Positions 25,928 to 36,016 of a stretch of 64,000 bases of DNA are shown piece by piece. The notes under the pieces were generated by a model, which was not told the DNA's origin, searched no databases, and saw only the letters and a program-made list of their open reading frames with translations. The position numbers and the translations under genes were made by a program. The DNA is from Eubacteriales bacterium (GTDB taxonomy: Bacteria; Bacillota; Clostridia; Oscillospirales; CAG-382): contig JAQVPJ010000001.1 of NCBI GenBank assembly GCA_028702135.1, positions 94,334-158,333 on the forward strand, given 5' to 3'. Each line of letters starts with the position of its first letter. Position 1 is the first letter of the stretch.

Positions 25928-26030
25928 GCCGCTTTTTCCCTTGTCGTATTGACAAAACCGTCGCAAGATGCTAATATTACTGAGATAATTCATAATTTTT
26001 AAACAAAACAGGAAAAAAGGAAGTATTGGT

Positions 26031-26972
26031 ATGTACAGAATCGGCACGGTTAATATTGACACCTCACACGCACCCTCTTTTGCGGGGATATTGTTAAAAG
26101 ATAACATTGCCCGCTATTCTGCGGTTTATAACGACGCTTTCAGAACCGATGAGGAAGTAAATGCGTTTATTGAAAAATACGGCTTGGAAAAGCGGTATTA
26201 TTCACTTGAAGAGATGGCAAAGAATATAGACATTGCGTTCATTCAGGGATGCAATTGGGACAGACACATTGAATGTATGCTTCCCTTCGTTAGAGCAGGA
26301 GTGCCGGTTTTTGTAGATAAACCGCTTGTCGGAAACGTAAAGGACCTGAATAAGATTCAGGAGCTTTCTGATAACGGCGCGGCTATTCTGGGTACAAGCG
26401 CGCTTCGCTACACTTATGAGCATGACGGCTTTTTTGCCATTGCACCCGAGAGCAGAGGCGATATCGTACATGTTTCCACTATGGTCGGAGTGGATGAATT
26501 CAATTATGCCATACATTCAGTCGAAAGCATTATGGGCTTTATAAAGGATTCAGCACCCGAATCGGTAAGATATATCGGCACCTCAAAAGTCGGCGATACT
26601 CCCTGCGACAGTTACTATATACTCTTCAAAAACGGTGCGTCCGCGTGCTATCATATATGCTTGAAGGGCTGGCAGCCAAGCACCGCTCTTGTAATGACTA
26701 CAAAAACAAGTTTTGCTTATAGAATTGATATAAACAAGGTATATGAGGCTATGCTCAAGCAGGTCTGCAACTGGCTTCTGGGTAAAGAAAACAATCTCTG
26801 CTCTGTCAGCCAGATGTGTGACAGCATAAGAATTATGCTCGCCGGCAAAAAAAGCAAAACCAACGGCGGAACGAATGAGCTGATCTCAGATTTGAACGAG
26901 AGCGACGAGGGATTTGACGGTGCACAGTTTGAGATCGAATATGCAGCACAGCAAAGAGCTTCAAAGAAATAA
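26031..26972 (+). CDS. Gfo/Idh/MocA-like oxidoreductase, divergent
   Basis: 313 aa. VFVDKPL resembles the EKP motif of the family, but there is no clear GxGxxG. Confidence 0.4.
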   Translation: MYRIGTVNIDTSHAPSFAGILLKDNIARYSAVYNDAFRTDEEVNAFIEKYGLEKRYYSLEEMAKNIDIAFIQGCNWDRHIECMLPFVRAGVPVFVDKPLVGNVKDLNKIQELSDNGAAILGTSALRYTYEHDGFFAIAPESRGDIVHVSTMVGVDEFNYAIHSVESIMGFIKDSAPESVRYIGTSKVGDTPCDSYYILFKNGASACYHICLKGWQPSTALVMTTKTSFAYRIDINKVYEAMLKQVCNWLLGKENNLCSVSQMCDSIRIMLAGKKSKTNGGTNELISDLNESDEGFDGAQFEIEYAAQQRASKK

Positions 26973-27074
26973 AAAAAGGATGCCTATTAAAAACCCATCC
27001 TTCGCCTGAAAATCGTTTTTTATACTCAAACAGAATATATGTCATATTTTGTATTTTAATCGTTACTTACAAGG

Positions 27075-27184
27075 AAATGTTTTTTTAATGTTAGTATAAT
27101 TATCCGCAAATACGAATAAACGGGAGAGTAAATGTTTTTTTAATGGTAGTATAATTATCCGCAAATACGAATAAACGGGAGAGT
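27075..27184 (+). repeat. tandem duplication, 2 x 55 bp, of a promoter/RBS/mini-ORF unit
   Basis: Units 27075-27129 and 27130-27184 differ at one position (27091 T vs 27146 G). Each unit holds TATAAT, GGGAGAG and ATGTTTTTTTAA. Confidence 0.95.
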
Positions 27185-27186
27185 AA

Positions 27187-28656
27187 ATGAAAAAAAAGCT
27201 TTATTTGATCGCTCATATTTCGGTATGGATATTGGGAACCGCTGTTTTGGTTTCAGGTGCATTCAATAATAATATATGGTTTGATGAAAGCTATACTGTC
27301 GGGCTTGTTAAACACAGTCTGTCAGAAATAATAAAGATAAGCTCAGCAGATGTACATCCCCCTTTTTATTACATAATCTTAAAGCTGTATTCCATGGTAT
27401 TTGGAACAAGTATTATATCATTACGTATGTTCTCAGTATTATGCGCATCTCTGTTGGGTGGATTAGGTTTTACTCATCTGAGAAAAGATTTTGGCGAAAA
27501 GATCGGTTTTTATTACACACTTTTTACGTTTTTATTTATTGCTACCTTCAATTATGCAGTCGAAATAAGAATGTATACATTAGCTCCGTTGCTTGTAACG
27601 CTTATGTGTATTTACGCATACCGTTTTTATAAATCCGAGATGGCCGACAAAAAGAGCGGCATTCTTCTTATGTTTTTCTCGGTATTAAGTGCATATACAC
27701 ACCATTATGGACTTGCTGCTGCGGGTGCTGTGAATTTTATGCTTCTTATTTACAGTAAAAGAAACAAGCAGCTCAAGAAATGGTTTTTAATGGCGGCCAT
27801 ACAAATTGCCGCATACGGATACGGCTTATTTTTAATTTTACAACAGTTTCTTTCAGTAAAAGGTGGTTTCTGGATTTCGATGAACTATCCGGATATCGCT
27901 TATCAGGCGGTTTCCTTCTTCCTGCTTGGTGATATTACAGCCGACGGATTTTCCAAAACCACGTTAAATATTTATTATTTAGTTTGCTTTACATTCTGGA
28001 TTGCTTTTATAACTTTCGGATACAAATATAACAAAAAGCATCCTGATGAAATGCAACCTGTCACACTTACAATGAAAACTATCGGACTTGTAATTGGTTT
28101 CTTCTTTGTAGCATCACTTAAACAACCATTATATTATATTCGATATGTAATGGTATTATGGGGACTGATTATATTTGTTCTTGCGTTTCTTTACGATAAA
28201 ATTCGTTATAAGACGGCAAAAACATTCGTTCAGTTTTTCTTGGTTGCTTTACTTATTATTAGAATCGTTCCTTTTTGTCAGGATATGTATTCCCCGAAAA
28301 CCGCAGAATTAGATAGTTTTATTGAGGAGAGTATAAAAGAAGGCGATATTGTAATCAGTGAAAATGTAATTCTCATCCCCGTTGTTGCTGTCAAGCACAC
28401 CGATAAACAAATGGTTTTCTATAATATAGATTGCTGGGGCGTTGAAGAAGCATATGAGGCGTTCCAACCCAATATGCTTACTCTGCGTGATATCAGTGGT
28501 GTTATTAACGAGAACAGCCGTGTCTGGATAATCGACGCTTCCGACGAGCTGTGTGAATACATAACTGAAAAATCAGGAAAAACAATTACGAATATATATG
28601 ATGTGATTGAATTGCCTTATCATGATTTAAGATATGTCTTTACACTTATGGAATAA
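27187..28656 (+). CDS. GT-C-fold membrane glycosyltransferase-like protein (PMT_2/ArnT-like), paralog 1
   Basis: 489 aa, about 11 TM helices. First-loop WFDESY motif; soluble C-terminal domain. Confidence 0.6.
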   Translation: MKKKLYLIAHISVWILGTAVLVSGAFNNNIWFDESYTVGLVKHSLSEIIKISSADVHPPFYYIILKLYSMVFGTSIISLRMFSVLCASLLGGLGFTHLRKDFGEKIGFYYTLFTFLFIATFNYAVEIRMYTLAPLLVTLMCIYAYRFYKSEMADKKSGILLMFFSVLSAYTHHYGLAAAGAVNFMLLIYSKRNKQLKKWFLMAAIQIAAYGYGLFLILQQFLSVKGGFWISMNYPDIAYQAVSFFLLGDITADGFSKTTLNIYYLVCFTFWIAFITFGYKYNKKHPDEMQPVTLTMKTIGLVIGFFFVASLKQPLYYIRYVMVLWGLIIFVLAFLYDKIRYKTAKTFVQFFLVALLIIRIVPFCQDMYSPKTAELDSFIEESIKEGDIVISENVILIPVVAVKHTDKQMVFYNIDCWGVEEAYEAFQPNMLTLRDISGVINENSRVWIIDASDELCEYITEKSGKTITNIYDVIELPYHDLRYVFTLME

Positions 28657-28739
28657 CTTAAAGGATGTATCTTAAACAGGTACATCCTCTATTAAATCAT
28701 ATTTATAAGGCAACTACGTTATTCCTTGAAAGGAATTAT

Positions 28740-30221
28740 ATGAAAAAAAGACTTTTGTTTATAGCACATATAGCGGTCTGGTTATTGGGAACTGCTTTTT
28801 TGATGGTCGGAATGTTTCACAATAATGTTTGGTTTGATGAGAGCTATTCGGTTGGTATCGTCAATCACAATCTGTTTGATGTTTGCATAATCAGCGCTGC
28901 GGATGTGCACCCTCCGTTTTATTACATAGTACTAAAGCTGTATTCCTTGCTTTTTGGAAACAGTATCACATCATTGCGTTCGTTTTCAGTTTTATGTGCT
29001 TCTTTATTGGCTGGGTTAGGCATAACACACATACGGAAAGACTTTGGTGAAAAAGTCGGTTTCTGGTATACCACGCTGACATTTTTGTTTTGTTCCACTT
29101 TTAAATATGCTAATGAAATAAGAATGTATACGCTGGCACCTTTGCTTGTTACGCTTATGTGTATTTACGCATATCGTTTTTATAAGTCGGGATTGACAGA
29201 TAAAAAAAACAGGATTTTATTTTTAGTATTCTCGATTCTGGGGGCTTACACACATTACTATGCACTCGCTGCCGCCGGTGCGGTAACCTTTTTGTTCCTC
29301 CTATATTGCAGGAAGAATGACCTGATGACTTTGTGGAAAAAGTTAGCCAAAATGCAAATGTTATTTTATATTCCCGGTTTTATATGTCTGTTTGCACAAT
29401 CCTTACATGTTGTAAGCTCTTTTTGGATAACGATGTTATATCCGGAATTTATATATAAATCGCTGTCTTTCTTTTTGATAGGCGATGTTCCGGGTGATGC
29501 GGTAAACCTTACGAAAATTACTGCTACAATTTATGATGCGATAGCCGTAGTAATATGGGGTGTGTGTGCATTTTTCGTTGTATCGGATTATAGAAAAAAT
29601 CGAGATAAAAACACAACGGTGCTACTTGTTCTCAAGGTTATCGGTCTTGTTATCGGCTTCTTCCTTGCAGTATCGCTAATACGTCCCCTCTATTATGTTC
29701 GGTATCTGACTGTTTTGTCCGGACTTGTTGTACTTTTCTTTGCTTTCGCGTTGGAAAAAATCAATAAGCCTTTTGTCAAGCCCGCTTTAATTCTTTTATT
29801 GGTTGTTGTTCTTATTTTAAGAGTTGTTCCTTTATATAAGGTAATGTATGCGTCTAATAACGATAATTTAAACGCTTTTATGACCGAGAATGTAAAAGAC
29901 GGGGATATCATCATAAGCGAAAATGTTTTAATTCTGACAGTAATTTCCGTAAAATATCCTAATGTGAAAATGTATTTCTACAACAGCGAGGATTGGCATG
30001 TAAAGACAGCCTATAAAGCTTATATGCCGGGCATGGAAACCATTACCGAGCTGTCGGAGGTCGATGAAACCGATAGAAGAATCTGGGTTTTAAATAATGA
30101 TCACGATGCTTCGGTATGCGATGAGATCTCTGCAAACACTGACAAGGAAATAACTATGATTTACCCTAAATTCGTTGTTCCATATCATAATATTGAATTT
30201 ACTTTTACCCTTATGGAATAG
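28740..30221 (+). CDS. GT-C-fold membrane glycosyltransferase-like protein, paralog 2
   Basis: Track ORF starts at 28665. The ATG at 28740 (MKKRLLFIAHI) aligns with the paralog 1 start and has AAAGGA upstream. About two-thirds identical to paralog 1 over the N-terminal half, by eye. Confidence 0.6.
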   Translation: MKKRLLFIAHIAVWLLGTAFLMVGMFHNNVWFDESYSVGIVNHNLFDVCIISAADVHPPFYYIVLKLYSLLFGNSITSLRSFSVLCASLLAGLGITHIRKDFGEKVGFWYTTLTFLFCSTFKYANEIRMYTLAPLLVTLMCIYAYRFYKSGLTDKKNRILFLVFSILGAYTHYYALAAAGAVTFLFLLYCRKNDLMTLWKKLAKMQMLFYIPGFICLFAQSLHVVSSFWITMLYPEFIYKSLSFFLIGDVPGDAVNLTKITATIYDAIAVVIWGVCAFFVVSDYRKNRDKNTTVLLVLKVIGLVIGFFLAVSLIRPLYYVRYLTVLSGLVVLFFAFALEKINKPFVKPALILLLVVVLILRVVPLYKVMYASNNDNLNAFMTENVKDGDIIISENVLILTVISVKYPNVKMYFYNSEDWHVKTAYKAYMPGMETITELSEVDETDRRIWVLNNDHDASVCDEISANTDKEITMIYPKFVVPYHNIEFTFTLME

Positions 30222-30228
30222 CTATACA

Positions 30229-30268
30229 AAAAACACAGGATGCACCGCAATCGGTACATCCTTTTTTC
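30229..30268. terminator. bidirectional terminator between the GT-C paralog and the MFS gene
   Basis: A-run, then GGATGCACC-gcaatc-GGTACATCC (one mismatch), then TTTTT. Confidence 0.7.
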
Positions 30269-30276
30269 GTATTCAT

Positions 30277-31620
30277 TTAATCGTTTTTATCGGGCGTCAG
30301 GTGTGGTATAAGCCTGAGAACCACTACCGCAAGCAACGCAAGCAGAGTTCCTGTGCAGAGCATCAATATCTGAACGCTGTCGAACTGTCTTCCCGGCAGA
30401 TTTAGCTTCCTGTCCCCGAACCAGCCGACAAAGCCCGTACCAAGCAGCATTGCAAGAAGTGAAGCGGTGTTTACGAAAACAACATAGAAGGACATATAAT
30501 TCGTGCGATCACCGACGGGAAGGTTTATGTAAGGAAAATTTGAGTAAGTAAGCGTTATCATAATGCTAAGAGTGTGCTGAGTTAGTCTGACTATAAGCAT
30601 TAGCCATCTGTAATTGCTGCTGTCGACAAAGGCGTACAGAACATATGTAATAAAAAGCGGAAAAACAGCGTAAGCGAAAGTTTTGAACCATGCATAACGG
30701 GCTATCATCCTTTTTGCAAGCCAGCCGAAGGCTATGAAAAATAAAAAATACGAAGCGTTGATTGCGGTAACAAAGGAATATGATACTCCGATCCTGCCTA
30801 ACAAATAGGTGTTGATTACAGAGGCAGACAGGTTGGACGCAAACGTATACCCAAACATAATCCACATTGTAAGCATAAACTTCTTCTGGCTGAATGCGAG
30901 GCGTATAGTGTCATAAAGCCGGGGTTTTTTGTTAGAAGTGCGCTCGTACACGCCCTCCTTAGGCAGGCTTATGACGATTACATCAATTATTGATACGATA
31001 AATCCTATTATATAAAGTGCGGTTATTATCTGCAAACGGTGCGCGCTGCCTGTGAATGTGTCGGCAATAACAGCGCTTATCAGCGTTGTCGAGCCGACGA
31101 TAAAGTTGACGATGATATTTGAAACATTGAAATAATCAGCGCGTATGCTCTCGGGTAAAAAGTTAATATGCCATACCGAATAACCGGATGAGAACAGGGA
31201 ATTAATCGCACTCGCGGTAAAAACGATTATTGCGAACCCGATATTTCTTCCGTTCTCGCTGTGTACTATCATAGGCAGCAGTATCATGCCTAAGATTTTT
31301 ATGGTATATGAAGTCGCTCTGCTTGCCGCAAGTACCCACTTTCTTTTGGGGATACGCTCCAATATCATGGGTGAGAGCAGGCTGAACCCTGTTGCTATAA
31401 ACGGAATAAAGGTCAGAATACCTATGCTTGTTATCGTTATGCCGTATTCAAGAAGATAACCGGAGTAAAAAATTCCGCCGGTTATGTTCGTAACGATTCC
31501 GCTTAACGCCGAGGATGCGAGCATACAGCTGCGTCCCTTAGCTTCCTCCGAATTATGGTTGAAAAGTCTCTTTAAGGTCGAGTTTCGCCATGCCGACTTT
31601 ATTTTCATCACAATCTCCAC
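30277..31620 (-). CDS. MFS-type transporter
   Basis: 447 aa, about 12 TM helices. Confidence 0.65.
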   Translation of the reverse strand: MEIVMKIKSAWRNSTLKRLFNHNSEEAKGRSCMLASSALSGIVTNITGGIFYSGYLLEYGITITSIGILTFIPFIATGFSLLSPMILERIPKRKWVLAASRATSYTIKILGMILLPMIVHSENGRNIGFAIIVFTASAINSLFSSGYSVWHINFLPESIRADYFNVSNIIVNFIVGSTTLISAVIADTFTGSAHRLQIITALYIIGFIVSIIDVIVISLPKEGVYERTSNKKPRLYDTIRLAFSQKKFMLTMWIMFGYTFASNLSASVINTYLLGRIGVSYSFVTAINASYFLFFIAFGWLAKRMIARYAWFKTFAYAVFPLFITYVLYAFVDSSNYRWLMLIVRLTQHTLSIMITLTYSNFPYINLPVGDRTNYMSFYVVFVNTASLLAMLLGTGFVGWFGDRKLNLPGRQFDSVQILMLCTGTLLALLAVVVLRLIPHLTPDKND

Positions 31621-31772
31621 CTATGATGCACGGATAAAACCTCAATCGCTCATAAAAAACAAAGCTGCAGTTTTCCAACATACAGCTTCATTATATCGCA
31701 AATGCTTTTTATATCAATGGCAAGTTTAACAGAATATATCTCAACTGAATACGGAATTATAGTTCGTTTTTA

Positions 31773-32675
31773 CTATAAAGGATCTATCTCATCGGGATCA
31801 TATTTGTAAAGCCATCTGCCGTCGGCATCCTTTTCAAAACAGAAATCGTAAAAATACGTAAAATCGGATTCACCCGGCTGTTTATATGCTCTTATCTCAA
31901 GGTAATCATCGGTTTTGACCACCTGTCTTGCTGTTTCGGGCAAAATGACCGCAACGTTTTCGGTCGTATTATCGATGAGCATGAATAAAAGATTGTCTTT
32001 TTCGTAATATACGGGCAAATTACCGCCTGTCAAATCGGAATAGATATCGCCTGCACTGTCCCGCGTCAGAAATGAATACAGATACTCCTTTATATCCTTC
32101 AGGCTCCCGAACCTCTCATCGTCAACAGGTGCATATCCGTTATAATACAAATCGCTGTCGTATTTCAGATTCGCATATGCAAGCGTTTGAAATACAGAGT
32201 ATTCCTCCGCAAATGTAGTAAAGAACAACGCATCCTGCTCGGAAAGCTCGGTTGTATGCTCAACAACCACACTCTCTCCGCTCGGCTGCCTGCTCCAGTC
32301 ATCGGTTTCTTCGCTTTCATCTCCGCAGGAAACGGTGCTTTCGCTTAAATCCTCGTCTGCCATGCTATCACACGGCGAGCTGTTTGAGAATAATGTTGAT
32401 TCCTCTACGATATCTGAACTACAAAATTTCATCGGCGTGATTTTATCACTACCGTAAAGGTTCGCCAAACCGTATACGCCCATGGAGGTTATAAGCAGTA
32501 AAGATAAGACCAGCGCCCCTCTTCTCAACCAGATTCCGTGCAATACTTCGGAGGACTTTTTAGTTTCGGCGGTAAGTGCCCTTGCTTTGAGGTTATTAAG
32601 CACAGCTTTGTGGTCAACAATATTCTCTTCTATGCTTTTTTTTATAAAATCTTTATTTTTCATAACGCCCCTCAC
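31773..32675 (-). CDS. single-pass membrane protein, probable anti-sigma factor
   Basis: 300 aa with one TM (GALVLSLLLITSMGVYGL). The start overlaps the sigma gene stop by 4 nt. Confidence 0.5.
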   Translation of the reverse strand: MRGVMKNKDFIKKSIEENIVDHKAVLNNLKARALTAETKKSSEVLHGIWLRRGALVLSLLLITSMGVYGLANLYGSDKITPMKFCSSDIVEESTLFSNSSPCDSMADEDLSESTVSCGDESEETDDWSRQPSGESVVVEHTTELSEQDALFFTTFAEEYSVFQTLAYANLKYDSDLYYNGYAPVDDERFGSLKDIKEYLYSFLTRDSAGDIYSDLTGGNLPVYYEKDNLLFMLIDNTTENVAVILPETARQVVKTDDYLEIRAYKQPGESDFTYFYDFCFEKDADGRWLYKYDPDEIDPL

Positions 32676-33259
32676 TTCTCCACTGTTCCCGAACCACTCT
32701 TGTAAAGCATCTCGTCTCTTAAAATCTTCAACCCTCTGTATAGACGGTTTTTGGCGTTGGAGGGTGTGATTTTCAATTCCTTAGCTATCCTTTCAAGCGT
32801 AAGGTCATAGACGAATCGCAATGTGAAAATTTTTGTTGTAAGTTCGCCAAAACTCTCAATCCTGTCCCATAATTCAATCGAAATCCCTTCGTCTGTCTTA
32901 AACTCCTGCTCAAGAAATTCGTCAAGAGCACCCCCCGGGAGCTCGCTACCCCCGCTTTCGGCACTCTCTATGTAATTTTCATCATCGATCGACATCGAAA
33001 AGGTACTGTTTTTCTTGTTTGAAAGCTCGTAGTATTTTGCAAGCTCTCTTTTCGCAATCCTTAAAAGGTAGTGCTTTGGGTTGAACACGCTTGTTATGCC
33101 GTTTCTTGTAACCGAATCAATAAATCTGAGGTAGGTGTTCTGCAATATATCCTGTATATCCTCCGTATGACTGCATTTTACTGTTATGTACTTAATCAGA
33201 TATGAACTGGTTTCCGCATAGACATGTTCGATATACTGATTTATGTCTTTACGGTCCAT
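32672..33259 (-). CDS. sigma-70 family (ECF-like) RNA polymerase sigma factor
   Basis: Region 2 DILQNTYLRFI. Region 4 LERIAKELKITPSNAKNRLYRGLKILR. Confidence 0.8.
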   Translation of the reverse strand: MDRKDINQYIEHVYAETSSYLIKYITVKCSHTEDIQDILQNTYLRFIDSVTRNGITSVFNPKHYLLRIAKRELAKYYELSNKKNSTFSMSIDDENYIESAESGGSELPGGALDEFLEQEFKTDEGISIELWDRIESFGELTTKIFTLRFVYDLTLERIAKELKITPSNAKNRLYRGLKILRDEMLYKSGSGTVEK

Positions 33260-33385
33260 CGACCTATCCTCCTAATTCAATAGTGGCGATTTTCTGCTGT
33301 TTTGTTTCATACTTGACTAATTTTTTTCAATAAATAATTACAGCCCAAAAAGCATACGCCTTACTGCTTTTCGGGCTTGTATTTT

Positions 33386-36007
33386 TTACAGCTTTTTAAG
33401 TGCTTCGAGCACTTTGTCACGAATCGAGGTATATTTTGAAATCTTTTCTTTTTCAGCGTTTACTACCTTTTCGGGAGCCCTGCTTATAAAATCGGCGTTA
33501 TCAAGCTTGCTCTGCGCGCGTTCAAGCTCTTTCTCAGCCGTTTCAAGCTCCTTTGTCAGGCGTTCTCTCTCCGCTTCGTTATCCACGATATCGTTCATTG
33601 GTATAAAAATCTCTGCGGAATCGGTTATTATCCGAACCGTGTTATCTAAATTTACGCTGTTTGTGATAACAACCTGTGATGCGCCGGCCAAACGCAGGAA
33701 AAAGCCCTCTTTTTTGTTAAAATATTCCGGTTTTGTGGTTTTAATATATAACTTTGCTTTTCTTGACGGAGGGACATTCATCTCGGCGCGGCGGTTTCTT
33801 ATAGCGCGGATAGAGTCGATAATAACCCTCATCCCCTCCTCCGCGAGGGGGAAATCATGCTCCTTAATATTTACGGGGAATTCGGAAATCATTATTGAAT
33901 CGCCCTTATGCGGGAGTGTCTGCCAAATCTCCTCGGTTATAAAAGGCATGAACGGATGGAGCAGCTTAAGCGTGCCGGACATCACATAAACAAGCGTATT
34001 CTGCGCCGCTTTGTTAGATACACTCCCTTTTTCATTAAGTCTGGTTTTTACCAACTCTATATACCAATCACAGAAAATGCTCCAGATAAAGTCATATAGC
34101 TTTGAAACGGCGATACCCAGCTCATATTTATCAAGATTTTCCCGAACCTCCGTAATAAGACAGTTGTACTGCGACAGAAGCCATTTATCCTCGTCTTCGA
34201 GTACGGAAATGTCTATTTCATCGGCGCTTACGTCGTTTTCGATATTCATCAGTATAAAGCGCGCGGCGTTCCATAGCTTGTTCGCAAAGTTCCTCGACGC
34301 TTCCACACGCTCATTAAAGAAGCGCATATCATTTCCGGGACTGTTCCCGGTTGCAAGCGTAAACCTGAGAGCGTCTGCGCCGTATTTTTCGATGATTTCG
34401 AGCGGATCCGTTCCGTTGCCGAGTGACTTTGACATCTTTCTGCCCTGCGAATCCCTGATAAGTCCGTGGATAAGAACGTCTGAAAACGGCTTTTTGCCCG
34501 TATATTCAAGCCCCGAGAAAATCATCCTCGAAACCCAAAATGTTATTATATCATATCCTGTAACAAGCACGCTTGTGGGATAAAAGATACTCATATCCTC
34601 GGTGGACTTTGGCCACCCCAATGTGGAGAAAGGCCATAATGCGGACGAAAACCATGTGTCGAGTGTATCAGGGTCCTGCCGCATAGGTACGCCGCATTTT
34701 TTGCATACGGGATTTTCCTCTTTTGTTACGATAACCTCCCCGCAGCCATCGCAATAGAATGCGGGTATCCGGTGCCCCCACCAGAGCTGGCGGGAAATGC
34801 ACCAGTCGCGGATATTCTCCATCCAATGCAGGTAGTTTTTCTCAAACCTTTCGGGGATAAATCTCACATCCCCGTTCCTGACCGCTTCGATTGCAGGTTT
34901 TGCAAGTGGCTCCATTTTTACAAACCATTGCTTTGAAGCTCTCGGCTCTATCGTAGTTCCGCAGCGATAGCAGATACCGACGCTGTGCTCGTGTTCCTCG
35001 GTTTTTACGAGGAAGCCTCCCTCCTCAAGGTCCCTTACAATCGCTTTTCTGGCCTCGTATCTGTCCATTCCGGCATATTTCGGGTAGGCGTCGGTAATCC
35101 TGGCGTCATCGGTCATCACATTTTCAAGCGGCAGGTTATGACGGCTCCCGACCTCGAAGTCGTTAGGATCATGTGCAGGAGTGATCTTTACAACTCCCGT
35201 ACCGAAATCCATCTCTACATATTCGTCGGAAACAATCGGGATCTCCCTGCCGACGAGTGGCAGAATAACCTTCTTGCCTATTATGCTTTTATATCTTTCG
35301 TCGTTCGGGTTGACGGCGACTGCCGTATCTCCGAGCATTGTCTCGGGGCGTGTGGTAGCAAGAAGTACATATCCGCTGCCATCCGAAAGCGGATATCTGA
35401 TATGCCAGAAATGCCCATTTTGGTCCTCATATTCAACCTCCGCGTCGGAAATCGTAGTCAGACAGTGGGGACACCAGTTAATTATCCTGATACCTCTGTA
35501 TATAAGTCCTTTTTCATAAAGTCGGACAAAAACCTCTTTAACAGCCTCAGAGCAACCTTCATCAAGCGTAAAGCGGGTTCTGCTCCAGTCGCAGGAAGAA
35601 CCCATTTTTTTAAGCTGCTCAATAATCCTTGCACCGTAAACTCTGTTCCATTCCCAGGCTCTTTGCAAAAAACCCTCTCTGCCGATATCATCCTTGGTTA
35701 AGCCCTCTTTTTTCATCGCCTCGACGATCTTTGCCTCGGTTGCGATAGAAGCATGGTCAGTTCCGGGTACCCATAGGGTGTTGAAACCGCACATACGCTT
35801 GTATCTCGTCAGAATATCCTGAAGCGTGTTGTCGAGCGCGTGTCCCATATGGAGCTGTCCGGTTATATTAGGTGGCGGCATTACTATAGAGAAAGCGGGT
35901 TTGCTTTTATCTCCACTCGGCTTGAAATAACCCTTTTCCTCCCATTCTGAATAGAGCTTATCCTCAAAATCCGATGGATTGTATTTTTTATTTAATTGCT
36001 TTTGCAT
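33386..36007 (-). CDS. valS: valine--tRNA ligase
   Basis: 873 aa. HIGH as [17 protein letters not shown] present, C-terminal coiled coil. Confidence 0.95.
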   Translation of the reverse strand: MQKQLNKKYNPSDFEDKLYSEWEEKGYFKPSGDKSKPAFSIVMPPPNITGQLHMGHALDNTLQDILTRYKRMCGFNTLWVPGTDHASIATEAKIVEAMKKEGLTKDDIGREGFLQRAWEWNRVYGARIIEQLKKMGSSCDWSRTRFTLDEGCSEAVKEVFVRLYEKGLIYRGIRIINWCPHCLTTISDAEVEYEDQNGHFWHIRYPLSDGSGYVLLATTRPETMLGDTAVAVNPNDERYKSIIGKKVILPLVGREIPIVSDEYVEMDFGTGVVKITPAHDPNDFEVGSRHNLPLENVMTDDARITDAYPKYAGMDRYEARKAIVRDLEEGGFLVKTEEHEHSVGICYRCGTTIEPRASKQWFVKMEPLAKPAIEAVRNGDVRFIPERFEKNYLHWMENIRDWCISRQLWWGHRIPAFYCDGCGEVIVTKEENPVCKKCGVPMRQDPDTLDTWFSSALWPFSTLGWPKSTEDMSIFYPTSVLVTGYDIITFWVSRMIFSGLEYTGKKPFSDVLIHGLIRDSQGRKMSKSLGNGTDPLEIIEKYGADALRFTLATGNSPGNDMRFFNERVEASRNFANKLWNAARFILMNIENDVSADEIDISVLEDEDKWLLSQYNCLITEVRENLDKYELGIAVSKLYDFIWSIFCDWYIELVKTRLNEKGSVSNKAAQNTLVYVMSGTLKLLHPFMPFITEEIWQTLPHKGDSIMISEFPVNIKEHDFPLAEEGMRVIIDSIRAIRNRRAEMNVPPSRKAKLYIKTTKPEYFNKKEGFFLRLAGASQVVITNSVNLDNTVRIITDSAEIFIPMNDIVDNEAERERLTKELETAEKELERAQSKLDNADFISRAPEKVVNAEKEKISKYTSIRDKVLEALKKL

Positions 36008-36016
36008 ATTGTCGAT

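Noticed and set aside
26976-27002. Hairpin AAGGATG...CATCCTT after the 313-aa oxidoreductase-like gene as a terminator
   Set aside because: The stem is short and the A-run is on the wrong side for a + strand terminator. No T-run follows. I left it uncalled.
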